NCBI GenBank assembly: GCA_050246755.1
Contig: JBFWVL010000001.1
Span: forward strand, 340,421 to 372,420
Direction of reading: 5' to 3'
From: Bacteriovoracia bacterium
GTDB taxonomy: Bacteria > Bdellovibrionota > UBA1018 > CAIPTA01
Length of the DNA stretch: 32,000 nucleotides
The notes below the pieces were generated by a model. That model worked only from the letters and a program-made list of their open reading frames with translations, searched no databases and was not told the origin of the DNA. The first letter of the stretch is position 1. The number at the start of each line of letters is the position of its first letter. Shown here in pieces: positions 14,688 to 24,546 of the stretch. The translations under genes and the position numbers were made by a program.

Positions 14688-15557
14688 ATGTCGAAATACG
14701 ACAACTTGGAGCTGAAAGAACTGAACTATAACTCCTACCTCAAGGTGCCCGAATTGCTCGGCCTCCAAAAAGAGCTTTCCGACCCCGCCCACCACGACGA
14801 AATGTTCTTCATCATCATCCACCAGGCCGCCGAGCTCTGGTTCAAGCAAATGCGCCACGAAACGGCTGGCCTCATCGAGGATTTCCGCGCCAATTCCGTT
14901 TCCCGGGCCTTGAAAAAATTCCGTCGCCTCGTGGGCATTATGGATCTGATGGTGAAGCAGATCAATTTGCTAAACACCCTCACACCCGTGGAGTTCGCGG
15001 GCTTCCGCGATAACCTCCGCCCCGCTTCCGGCTTCCAGTCCATCCAGTTCCGCGTGATCGAGTTCGCCTATGGCATCCGCGAAGCTTTTTTCCTGGAATT
15101 TTTCGCCAAAGAAAAATCCATGCAGAGCCAGCTGCAAGACCTACTCAAAGAACCGAGCGTGCACGATGAGTTCGTGCGCCTGCTAAGCCGCTCCGGCTTC
15201 AAGATTCCGGAGTCCCTACTGAATCGCGACGTGAGCCTGCCGTGGACCGAATCTCCCGAGCTCATCGCCACGATCAAGACGATCTACGAGAATCCCCAGG
15301 AAAATTACCATTGGGTTCTGCTCTTCGAGACCATGCTCGACTTCGACGAAAAATTCGCCGTCTGGCGCTCCGTGCATATGCTCATGGTGGCGCGCACGAT
15401 CGGCATGAAGGCCGGCACCGGCGGCAGCTCGGGCCACGCCTTCCTCGCAGGCCGCGCTGGCCTGAGATTCTTCCCCGAGCTCTGGAGCGTGCGCACGGAA
15501 GTGGGCGGCGGATACGGGAATGCCGGGGCGGCCACTCCCGGGAAATGCCCGGTTTAA
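14688..15557 (+). CDS. kynA: Tryptophan 2,3-dioxygenase
   Basis: MSKYDNLELKELNYNSYLKVPELLGLQKELSDPAHHDEMFFIIIHQAAELWFKQ is the characteristic bacterial TDO N-terminus, with GFQS.QFR and GTGGSSG later. The track ORF begins at GTG 14652; ATG 14688 fits TDO N-termini better. Confidence 0.9.
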   Translation: MSKYDNLELKELNYNSYLKVPELLGLQKELSDPAHHDEMFFIIIHQAAELWFKQMRHETAGLIEDFRANSVSRALKKFRRLVGIMDLMVKQINLLNTLTPVEFAGFRDNLRPASGFQSIQFRVIEFAYGIREAFFLEFFAKEKSMQSQLQDLLKEPSVHDEFVRLLSRSGFKIPESLLNRDVSLPWTESPELIATIKTIYENPQENYHWVLLFETMLDFDEKFAVWRSVHMLMVARTIGMKAGTGGSSGHAFLAGRAGLRFFPELWSVRTEVGGGYGNAGAATPGKCPV

Positions 15558-15561
15558 TAGC

Positions 15562-16746
15562 ATGCGCTTCGACGTTTTCTTCTCCATCTGCCAAACTCCC
15601 GTGAACGGCTATACGCCCTCGGAACGCGTGATGTTCGAGAATTTTTTCTCCCAGGCCGAGCTCGCCGATCAACTCGGCGTGGGCACCGCCTGGGTGGCCG
15701 AAACCCACCTCTCCTGCCAGACCCAAAAAGAAAATCCCGGCGCGGTGGTGCCCCACTTCGAGGGCGAGATCGGCCTCAATACCGACGTGCTCCAGGTGGC
15801 GCACCGCTTATTCGCGCGCACGAAAAAAATCCATATCGGCTCCGCCATCCGCAATATCCAGTGCAATGGCGGCCCTATCGCCCACGCCGAAGCGATCCGC
15901 ATGTTTCTCTCGCTCCACGCGCTCAATCCCGGCGAGAAACGCCTTCTCGATATCGGCTTCGCTTCCGGCCGCTTTCCTTTTTCCAATACGCCCTACGGCA
16001 TCCGCCCCCGCAATGAACTGGAGAAAGCCGCCTGGCCCGTGCTCAAGGGAAAGATCTTCCAGGAAGCCACCGAAATTTTCCTGCGTCTCCTCAAGGGAGA
16101 GAAGCTCGCCTCGAAGGATATTTCACCTAAAATCCTCGAGCGCAAAAATTTCCGCAGTGAGGAGGAATGGGAAAAAATCGCCAAGCTCGCCGGCGGTGCC
16201 GACAAAATCGAAGTCCCCGCTTTCTGGAATTTCGATAAAGTGGGCGTGATTCCCTTCGAAGCCCCCATGGATCTGCTGAAGCTCACCATCGGTTGCCACG
16301 ATCTCGAAACCCAGATCTTCGCCAATAAATTCCTGCCCTGCGGAGTATTCAACCTCTCGATCACCCCCGCTCCCCAGATCGAAGCCACGCACCAGGCGAT
16401 GCAAAAAAGCTTTCACCCCGCGGGTGGCCGTTGGACCCGCGCCCATATGCCCCGCACGGTGCTCGTATTCCTGGATAAAAATCGCGAGAAGGCCCGTGCA
16501 CGTGCCCAGGGCGCGATGGAGAATTACTGGAAAGCCATCGAGGGAACCCTTGATCCCGAGAAGATTCGCAATGCCGTGGACAATGCCCTCGTGGGCGACG
16601 CGGCCGAAATCAAGGCGGAGCTGGAAACGCGCTTCCACCGCGACGATCGCCTCATGCTCTGGTTCGATTTCAATAACCACGACAACGAGGAAGTGCGCTC
16701 TTCCATGCGGGAATTCATGGAAAAAGTGGCGCCGAGCCTACAGTAA
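15562..16746 (+). CDS. Luciferase-like (LLM class) flavin-dependent monooxygenase
   Basis: The track ORF 15520.. is trimmed to ATG 15562 (MRFDVFFSICQ...), 4 nt after the kynA stop. It shows the LLM TIM-barrel N-terminal pattern (MRFDVFF...AELADQLGVGTAWVAETHLS) and is ~394 aa. Family-level call only. Confidence 0.75.
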   Translation: MRFDVFFSICQTPVNGYTPSERVMFENFFSQAELADQLGVGTAWVAETHLSCQTQKENPGAVVPHFEGEIGLNTDVLQVAHRLFARTKKIHIGSAIRNIQCNGGPIAHAEAIRMFLSLHALNPGEKRLLDIGFASGRFPFSNTPYGIRPRNELEKAAWPVLKGKIFQEATEIFLRLLKGEKLASKDISPKILERKNFRSEEEWEKIAKLAGGADKIEVPAFWNFDKVGVIPFEAPMDLLKLTIGCHDLETQIFANKFLPCGVFNLSITPAPQIEATHQAMQKSFHPAGGRWTRAHMPRTVLVFLDKNREKARARAQGAMENYWKAIEGTLDPEKIRNAVDNALVGDAAEIKAELETRFHRDDRLMLWFDFNNHDNEEVRSSMREFMEKVAPSLQ

Positions 16747-17036
16747 TTTTTATTTATATCAAACAAGCATAACTCCTCTCACTCACCCTCAAAAAAATCG
16801 CTTTCATTGCCTGACATTTCCTGAAATTTAAATGGGAACTTTTTCTCATGCGGCGCGGCAGTGTTGATTTTATAGAGAAATTTTCCACGCACTTCGAAGG
16901 AGATCCCGCTCTAAATTCATTTTATGAATAGTAACTTTCATCCAGCGCGTCACATCTAAATGGAATCCTAACCGAATTTTTCTTCACAAAAAGATCGCGC
17001 TCGCAGAGGATTACTTCATTCCAGGGGGGAATATTC
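16747..17036. promoter_or_regulatory. 290-bp AT-rich non-coding spacer upstream of the nuclease gene, containing a 6-3-6 palindrome ATTCAT-TTT-ATGAAT (16915-16929)
   Basis: Its composition is visibly more AT-rich than the flanks (runs such as ATTTTTATTTATATCAAAC and GAAATTTAAATG). The palindrome was read directly. GGGGGGA lies 7 nt before the nuclease ATG. Confidence 0.35.
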
Positions 17037-17735
17037 ATGACGAAAAATTGGATCTACTCGCTAAGTCTAGTTCTAGCTCTCACCGCAAACCTTGCTCTAG
17101 CCGGCGGCGCTGCCGTATCGGACCGCCTCAAATGCAATAAGGCGACCGAACTTCCCGTCAACGCAAGCGTAGACCGCGTGGTAGACGGCGACACCGTGAT
17201 CATCCGCGTCCCCACCGGCACCTACTCGGTGCGCATGATGGGCATCGATACCCCCGAAACTCACTTCATGGGCAAGAGCCAGGGCGAATGGGGCGATAAA
17301 GCCGCCGAACTCCTCTCCGACCTACTCCCCGTAGGCACCAAGGTTCGCCTCGAGTACACCGCGGAATCCTGCGATGCGCACGGGCGCCTGCTCGCCCACG
17401 TATTCAAAGGCAAGCTGCACACGAATGCCGAAATGGTGAAGCAAGGCCTCGCCGCCAACTATTGCGTAGCCCCCAGCTTCGAGTATTGCCGCGAAATCGG
17501 AAACCACGTGGCCAACGCCATTAAATACCGCCTGGGTATGTTCGCCGACTCCAACGCCGAGCTTCCCTATGATTTCCGCCGCCGCATTGGTGGCAACGAG
17601 CAGCGCTCTTTCGTGGGCAATCTCTCCACGAAAGAAGTTCTTACTCCCGGCCACCAAGATGACGTTCCGGTTGCCGAACGCGTATTCTTCTATCGCCAGA
17701 GCGACGTGAAGGCCCCCTACTTCATCGCGAAATAA
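17037..17735 (+). CDS. Secreted thermonuclease (staphylococcal nuclease, SNase) family protein
   Basis: 232 aa. Signal peptide MTKNWIYSLSLVLALTANLALAGG. SNase motifs are RVVDGDTVIIR, VRMMGIDTPET and HGRLLAHVF...N.EMVKQGLA. Confidence 0.85.
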   Translation: MTKNWIYSLSLVLALTANLALAGGAAVSDRLKCNKATELPVNASVDRVVDGDTVIIRVPTGTYSVRMMGIDTPETHFMGKSQGEWGDKAAELLSDLLPVGTKVRLEYTAESCDAHGRLLAHVFKGKLHTNAEMVKQGLAANYCVAPSFEYCREIGNHVANAIKYRLGMFADSNAELPYDFRRRIGGNEQRSFVGNLSTKEVLTPGHQDDVPVAERVFFYRQSDVKAPYFIAK

Positions 17736-17752
17736 ATCCTTGGGTTTCTTAC

Positions 17753-17788
17753 GCCTCTGCCTTCACGGGCAGGGGCTTTTTCATTTTA
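17753..17788 (+). terminator. Rho-independent terminator after the nuclease gene
   Basis: GCCTCTGCC-TTCACG-GGCAGGGGC gives a 9-bp stem with one G-U pair and a 6-nt loop. It is followed by TTTTTCATTTTAT, 18 nt after the stop codon. Confidence 0.75.
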
Positions 17789-17827
17789 TGCATCTCGTCA
17801 TGCCTCGCTCCATGGAATAGTGCCTCC

Positions 17828-18859
17828 ATGAGCGACCACGCTTACTCGCAAAACCAATGGGTGCCTCTCGTGGACTACCGTCGCAATGGAGTGGCTGAAT
17901 GCACCATCCACGGCTCCATTGCCTGGGTTTCGGGAACCAAGCTCGTGCACGCCTTTGGCGGGGAAGTGCTCTGCTATGGCCGCTCGATGATGAAGCCCTA
18001 TATGGTGAAGGTTTTCGCCAAAGAGCTCGAGGATATGAGCTGGGAACAGAAAGCCATCTCGGTGGCCTCCCATAACGGCGACACCGAACATATCCGCGTA
18101 GTCAGCTCCGTACTTTCCGAAAGCGAGCTCGGCCTCGTGCAAACCCCGCTCGCGCTGCCGCTGATGCAATTCGGCCAGCAGCGCCGCCGCCCGCGCCGCC
18201 TCTATCATTCCTGCTCCGGCGAACACGCCGCCATCCTCCGTGGCTGCCGCGTGAAGGGCTGGAGCCGCGTTGGCTATGTGTGGCCTCACCACGAATTTTT
18301 CCTCGCCTACCTCGCCCAGGTTCGCACCGTGCTCGGCGCCGATTGGGAACCCAAAGTGATCGCCAAAGACGGTTGCGGATTACCCACGATTTCCATGACT
18401 ACCGTGGAGATGGCGCGACTTATGGCCGATCTCGTAACGAAGAGAAACGACGATTGGGTTTGGGACGCGATGGTGAAGCACCCGGATCTCGTGGGCGGCT
18501 TCAACCGCCTCGATTCCACGATCATGAAATCCTGCGAAGGCCGCGTGATTGCCAAAGAAGGCGCCGACGGCTTGCTCGGGCTCGCAATCGAGCACCCGGA
18601 CTATCCTGATGGCCTCGGGGTAGTGATCAAGATCGCCCACGGCTGGGACATGCGCGCCACCTGGTACGTAGCCCGCTACGTGCTCGGCGTTTTGGGTTTT
18701 GATTTCCGCAATCCCTACCCGCTCGAGCGGCAAAAAGCTTTTCTGGTAGAGGATTGCATCCCGCCGGCGCTAAGGCCCAAGATGGATTCGATTCAGCCCT
18801 GGGACGACTGGGATCCGGATAGAGACCGCTGGAATTTTGATTACCGGGAGTTCACTTGA
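17828..18859 (+). CDS. Asparaginase II family (Rhizobium-type L-asparaginase-like) amidohydrolase
   Basis: 343 aa. Family-like motifs are GRSMMKPYM (Ser-x-x-Lys), SHNGDTEH, HSCSGEHAA, KDGCGLPT and AKEGADGL. Its stop overlaps the TTG start of the downstream aldehyde dehydrogenase (TTGA). Confidence 0.7.
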   Translation: MSDHAYSQNQWVPLVDYRRNGVAECTIHGSIAWVSGTKLVHAFGGEVLCYGRSMMKPYMVKVFAKELEDMSWEQKAISVASHNGDTEHIRVVSSVLSESELGLVQTPLALPLMQFGQQRRRPRRLYHSCSGEHAAILRGCRVKGWSRVGYVWPHHEFFLAYLAQVRTVLGADWEPKVIAKDGCGLPTISMTTVEMARLMADLVTKRNDDWVWDAMVKHPDLVGGFNRLDSTIMKSCEGRVIAKEGADGLLGLAIEHPDYPDGLGVVIKIAHGWDMRATWYVARYVLGVLGFDFRNPYPLERQKAFLVEDCIPPALRPKMDSIQPWDDWDPDRDRWNFDYREFT

Positions 18860-20298
18860 AATTAGCTAACTATATCGACGGCCACGAGCAGGCCCCGCTT
18901 TCGGGAAAGTATTTGCCCAACTACGCGCCCGCTACCGGCGAGATCTATTCCGAGATCCCCGATTCCAGCGCGGCAGACGTAGACCTCGCCGTGAAGGCCG
19001 CACAGAAAATTTTCCCTTGGTGGAGCCAACGCACCCCCGAGCAAAGATCCCAGGTTTTACTCTCGATTGCCGATCGAATGGAAAAATCCGTCGACGATCT
19101 CGTGAACGCCGAGAGCCGCGACCAGGGAAAACCCGTGCACCTCGCGCGCGAAATCGAAATCCCCCGCGCCATCCAAAATTTCCGCTACTTCGCCACCAAG
19201 ATTTTGCACACCGAAGAAACCGCGAGGCCCTCGCAGGCCCTGAGCTCCCTCTCCTACACCTACCGCATGCCCGTGGGCGTGGCCGGATTGATCTCGCCAT
19301 GGAATCTCCCGCTCTATTTGCTCACCTGGAAAATCGCGCCGGCCATCGCCGCCGGGAACACGGTGGTTTGCAAGCCCTCCGAGCTCACGCCGATGACGGC
19401 CTACCTCATGGGCGAAATCTTCAACGAGGCGGGCGTTCCCCACGGAGTGGTGAACATGGTATTCGGCCTCGGCGTCACCGCGGGCGCCGCACTCGCCGCT
19501 CACCCCGATGTGCCACTCATTTCTTTTACCGGCGGTACCGCCACCGGCCGCAAGATCCTCGAGGCCTCGATTCCGCGTTTCAAGAAAACCAGCCTCGAGC
19601 TCGGCGGAAAAAATGCGGCGCTGGTTTTTGCCGACTGCGATCTCGCCGAAGCTGTGATCACGAGCGTGCGCTCATCCTTCCAGAACCAAGGCGAAATCTG
19701 CCTCTGCAATTCCCGCATCCTGGTGGAAGAAGGCATCTACGAGAAATTCGTGGAAAAATTCGCGCGCACGGCGAGCCTCATCCGCGTGGGCGATCCCACC
19801 CTGAAAGAAACCCAGATGGGCCCGCTCGTGAGCAAGGAGCATAAAGAAAAAGTTCTCTCCTATATCAAGCTCGCCACCGAAGAAGGCGGCACTATTCTAG
19901 GCGGCGGCACCGTCCCCCACCTCGAAGCGCCCTTCGATCAAGGCTATTTCGTAAATCCCACGATCATCACGGGCCTCGGCCCCAACTGCCGTGTGAACCA
20001 GGAAGAGATTTTTGGCCCCGTGGCCAGTATCATTCCCTTCAAAACTGAGGAGGAAGCGATTGCGATCGCGAACGGCGTGGAATACGGACTATCCGCCTCC
20101 GTTTGGACCCGCGATATTTCTCGCGCCCACCGCGTAGCCCAGGCCCTGCACGTGGGCACCACCTGGGTAAACTCCTGGATGGTCCGCGATCTCGGCATGC
20201 CTTTCGGCGGCATGAAGCATTCCGGCCTCGGCCGCGAAGGCGGAGATCACTCGCTGAATTTTTTCAGCGAAACGAAAACCATCAGCGTGAAGATATGA
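18856..20298 (+). CDS. amnC: 2-aminomuconate-6-semialdehyde / 2-hydroxymuconate semialdehyde dehydrogenase (ALDH superfamily, AmnC/NbaE/XylG type)
   Basis: 480 aa. The N-terminus MKLANYIDG...AVKAAQKIFPWW and REIEIPRAIQNFRYFA are typical of the HMSD/AMSDH clade. It has the ALDH Glu motif ELGGKNA and the Cys motif QNQGEICLCNSR. The gene symbol is assigned from context. Confidence 0.85.
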   Translation: MKLANYIDGHEQAPLSGKYLPNYAPATGEIYSEIPDSSAADVDLAVKAAQKIFPWWSQRTPEQRSQVLLSIADRMEKSVDDLVNAESRDQGKPVHLAREIEIPRAIQNFRYFATKILHTEETARPSQALSSLSYTYRMPVGVAGLISPWNLPLYLLTWKIAPAIAAGNTVVCKPSELTPMTAYLMGEIFNEAGVPHGVVNMVFGLGVTAGAALAAHPDVPLISFTGGTATGRKILEASIPRFKKTSLELGGKNAALVFADCDLAEAVITSVRSSFQNQGEICLCNSRILVEEGIYEKFVEKFARTASLIRVGDPTLKETQMGPLVSKEHKEKVLSYIKLATEEGGTILGGGTVPHLEAPFDQGYFVNPTIITGLGPNCRVNQEEIFGPVASIIPFKTEEEAIAIANGVEYGLSASVWTRDISRAHRVAQALHVGTTWVNSWMVRDLGMPFGGMKHSGLGREGGDHSLNFFSETKTISVKI

Positions 20299-20813
20299 AG
20301 CTCTTCCTGCTTTTCTTAATTCCTCTTTTTGCCTTCGCCAAGCCCGCGGCACGCAAATCCAAGGCGCCGCCCAAACGCGTAGCCACGAAGATCACTTCGG
20401 GCAAACAGGTTTGCGATATGGTGAAAAAATTCACCACCGCCGGGTTTCCCGCCCAGACCAATATCGATTTCGCCGTGGGGAAAAAGTTCGTGGCCGAAGG
20501 AAAGCTCGGCGCCATCGACAAAAATATCGGCACCTTCCATTTAGCCAATCTCTACCTGCGCGCCATCGCCAAGGGCGAGGAGGGCCTCACCTATAAAGAG
20601 GGCTGCCTAAAAATCAATTTCCCCGACCTCGATAAGGATGGGATTAAGGACCTCGAGCTCTCCGTGACGATGGAGCGACTCGACCCCAAAGCGAATCCTA
20701 AAGTGGTGAGCACCGTGAACTACGAACGCACGTTCATCTACCATCCGGAACAGAAAATCTACGAGCCCATGACCGGCTCCCCTCACCCCTTCGTGGAGCT
20801 CGTGATCAAGTGA
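20295..20813 (+). CDS. Exported protein, unknown function
   Basis: The track ORF 20103.. is trimmed to ATG 20295 (ATGA overlap with the amnC stop). Signal peptide MKLFLLFLIPLFAFAKP; 172 aa. I recognise no family. Confidence 0.5.
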   Translation: MKLFLLFLIPLFAFAKPAARKSKAPPKRVATKITSGKQVCDMVKKFTTAGFPAQTNIDFAVGKKFVAEGKLGAIDKNIGTFHLANLYLRAIAKGEEGLTYKEGCLKINFPDLDKDGIKDLELSVTMERLDPKANPKVVSTVNYERTFIYHPEQKIYEPMTGSPHPFVELVIK

Positions 20814-21190
20814 AACAGGTGATCCTGATCCGCCGCGATCTCAATATGCGCCGGGGAAAAGAAATCGCGCAGGGGTCACACGCCTCGATGGGATTTCTGA
20901 TCGAGCAATTGCGGGCGCAGATGCCTTCTTCGGAGGCTTCGGTCACTCTCGACGCGGCCACGCAGGAATGGATTCAGTTCGGCATGGGAAAGATTTGCCT
21001 GCAGGTTACGAGCGAAGCGGATTTGCTTAGCTTCCACGCGAAGGCGAAGGCCGCCGGAGTGTATAGTTTTTTGGTGAGGGATAGTGGCCGCACGGAATTT
21101 CACGGCGAACCTACCTATACCGCCTGCGCGATCGGGCCCGATACGGCCGAGAGAATCGATGCAATCACGGGTGAGCTGAACTTGTATTGA
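20810..21190 (+). CDS. pth2: Peptidyl-tRNA hydrolase, PTH2 (archaeal/eukaryotic-type) family
   Basis: 126 aa. VILIRRDLNMRRGKEIAQGSHAS...RDSGRTEFHGEPTYTACAIGP...IDAITGELNLY follows the Pth2 pattern (R.DL.MG.GK.AAQ..HA ... D.GRT....T.T...IGP ... TG.LKLY). GTG start in a GTGA overlap. Confidence 0.85.
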   Translation: MKQVILIRRDLNMRRGKEIAQGSHASMGFLIEQLRAQMPSSEASVTLDAATQEWIQFGMGKICLQVTSEADLLSFHAKAKAAGVYSFLVRDSGRTEFHGEPTYTACAIGPDTAERIDAITGELNLY

Positions 21191-21284
21191 AGCGCGGTAA
21201 ATCTCGCGCATGGAAAATTTTCTTCTGCGAACTCACTTACTTAGTATTTAACGCAAGGCTTCTACAGCGCTGCAAGTAATCTAG

Positions 21285-23493
<2,209 letters not shown>

Positions 23494-23497
<4 letters not shown>

Positions 23498-24129
23498 AGA
23501 TTTGGGACATCAGCCCGGTGATTTCCGAGAAGACGGCCGTATTTCCCGGCGACGTGCCTTTTTCCCGCGAAGTTTCGATGGACACGAAAAAAGGCCACCA
23601 CCTCACCCTCTCGGCCATTCGTTCCACGCTGCATATCGGCGCGCACGCCGACGCCGGCAATCATTATCATAAAGAGGGAAAAGGCGTGGAGGCGCGGCCC
23701 CTCGAATCCTACCTGGGCGACTGTGAAGTGATCGCCGTAAAGCTTCCCCGTGGTGCCCGTATCGGAATCGAGCATTTGAACGGAAGAATCCCGCTCGCCC
23801 CCCGCGTGCTCTTCAAAACAAATTCTTTTCCCGATCCCGATCAATGGAACAATGATTTCAATTCTCTCTCGCCCGAGCTGATCGAGTTCCTCGCCGACCG
23901 CGGCGCTATGCTCGTGGGTATCGACACTCCGAGCGTAGATCCCGTGGATTCCAAAGCCCTCGAAAGCCACCAGGCGCTGCACCGCAGAAATCTCGCCGTG
24001 CTCGAGGGAATCACGCTGGAACAGGTAACGGAAGGCGTGTACACCCTGGTCGCTTTGCCGCTGCGAATGAAAGACGCTGACGCTTCGCCGGTTCGTGCTA
24101 TCCTTATAAACAAAGAAACGTTGTTGTGA
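23494..24129 (+). CDS. kynB: Kynurenine formamidase (arylformamidase, cyclase family)
   Basis: 211 aa. MKIWDISPVISEKTAVFPGDVPF and the metal motif LHIGAHADAGNHY are typical of bacterial KynB, as is the C-terminal GIDTPSVDP. ATGA overlap with the upstream stop. Confidence 0.9.
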
Positions 24130-24156
24130 ACTATCAGCCGGACCAAGGGGATCCCC

Positions 24157-24546
24157 ATGCGCGCGCTATTGCTTCTTTCTCTTTTTTTTCTCACCGCCTG
24201 TGCCGGATCAAAATCAAGTAACGACGCCCAAGAGCCCAGCACCGACGAGTGCCTCTCCAATTCCGCCGCCGGCGACGCCTGGGGCGAGTGCAACGTGAAG
24301 AAAACCATTTACCAAAATATGGATAAGCTCGTGGCCTGCCAAGAAAAAAATCCCACCAAGGGCGGTACCATGATGCTGAAGATCAGCCTAAAGACGAACG
24401 GCGTGGTAAAAAAAGTGAGACCGGAAGCCGGCACGGTTCGTAATCGCCCGCTCGAGGCCTGCCTTTCAAAAGCATTCGCGCGCGTGAAATTCGCGGCTCC
24501 TCCCGAGGGAGTGAAGCCAGTTATCTATTTTCCCTTGTCGCTTTAG
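24157..24546 (+). CDS. Lipoprotein, unknown function (C-terminal TonB-C/AgmX-like small domain possible)
   Basis: 129 aa. Lipobox in MRALLLLSLFFLTAC|AGS. Paired Cys and a ~70-aa C-terminal domain ending VKFAAPPEGVKPVIYFPLSL. The domain call is weak. Confidence 0.5.
   Translation: MRALLLLSLFFLTACAGSKSSNDAQEPSTDECLSNSAAGDAWGECNVKKTIYQNMDKLVACQEKNPTKGGTMMLKISLKTNGVVKKVRPEAGTVRNRPLEACLSKAFARVKFAAPPEGVKPVIYFPLSL

Noticed and set aside
16848-16931. 27-codon small ORF (MRRGSVDFIEKFSTHFEGDPALNSFYE) inside the AT-rich spacer upstream of the nuclease
   Set aside because: No Shine-Dalgarno sequence and no recognisable peptide family. It is short enough to arise by chance. It is kept only as part of the regulatory-region note.
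16747-17827. Nuclease unit as a mobile element or genomic islet
   Set aside because: The AT-rich upstream spacer is suggestive. However, I found no flanking direct or inverted repeats and no mobility gene, and the nuclease coding region looks compositionally like its neighbours. It is reported only as an operon-splitting insertion hypothesis.
24543-24546. 4-nt 3'-end overlap of the convergent lipoprotein (+) and 505-aa exported protein (-) genes, leaving no room for terminators
   Set aside because: The overlap is real in the sequence, but it is common in compact genomes. There is no further evidence for antisense regulation.
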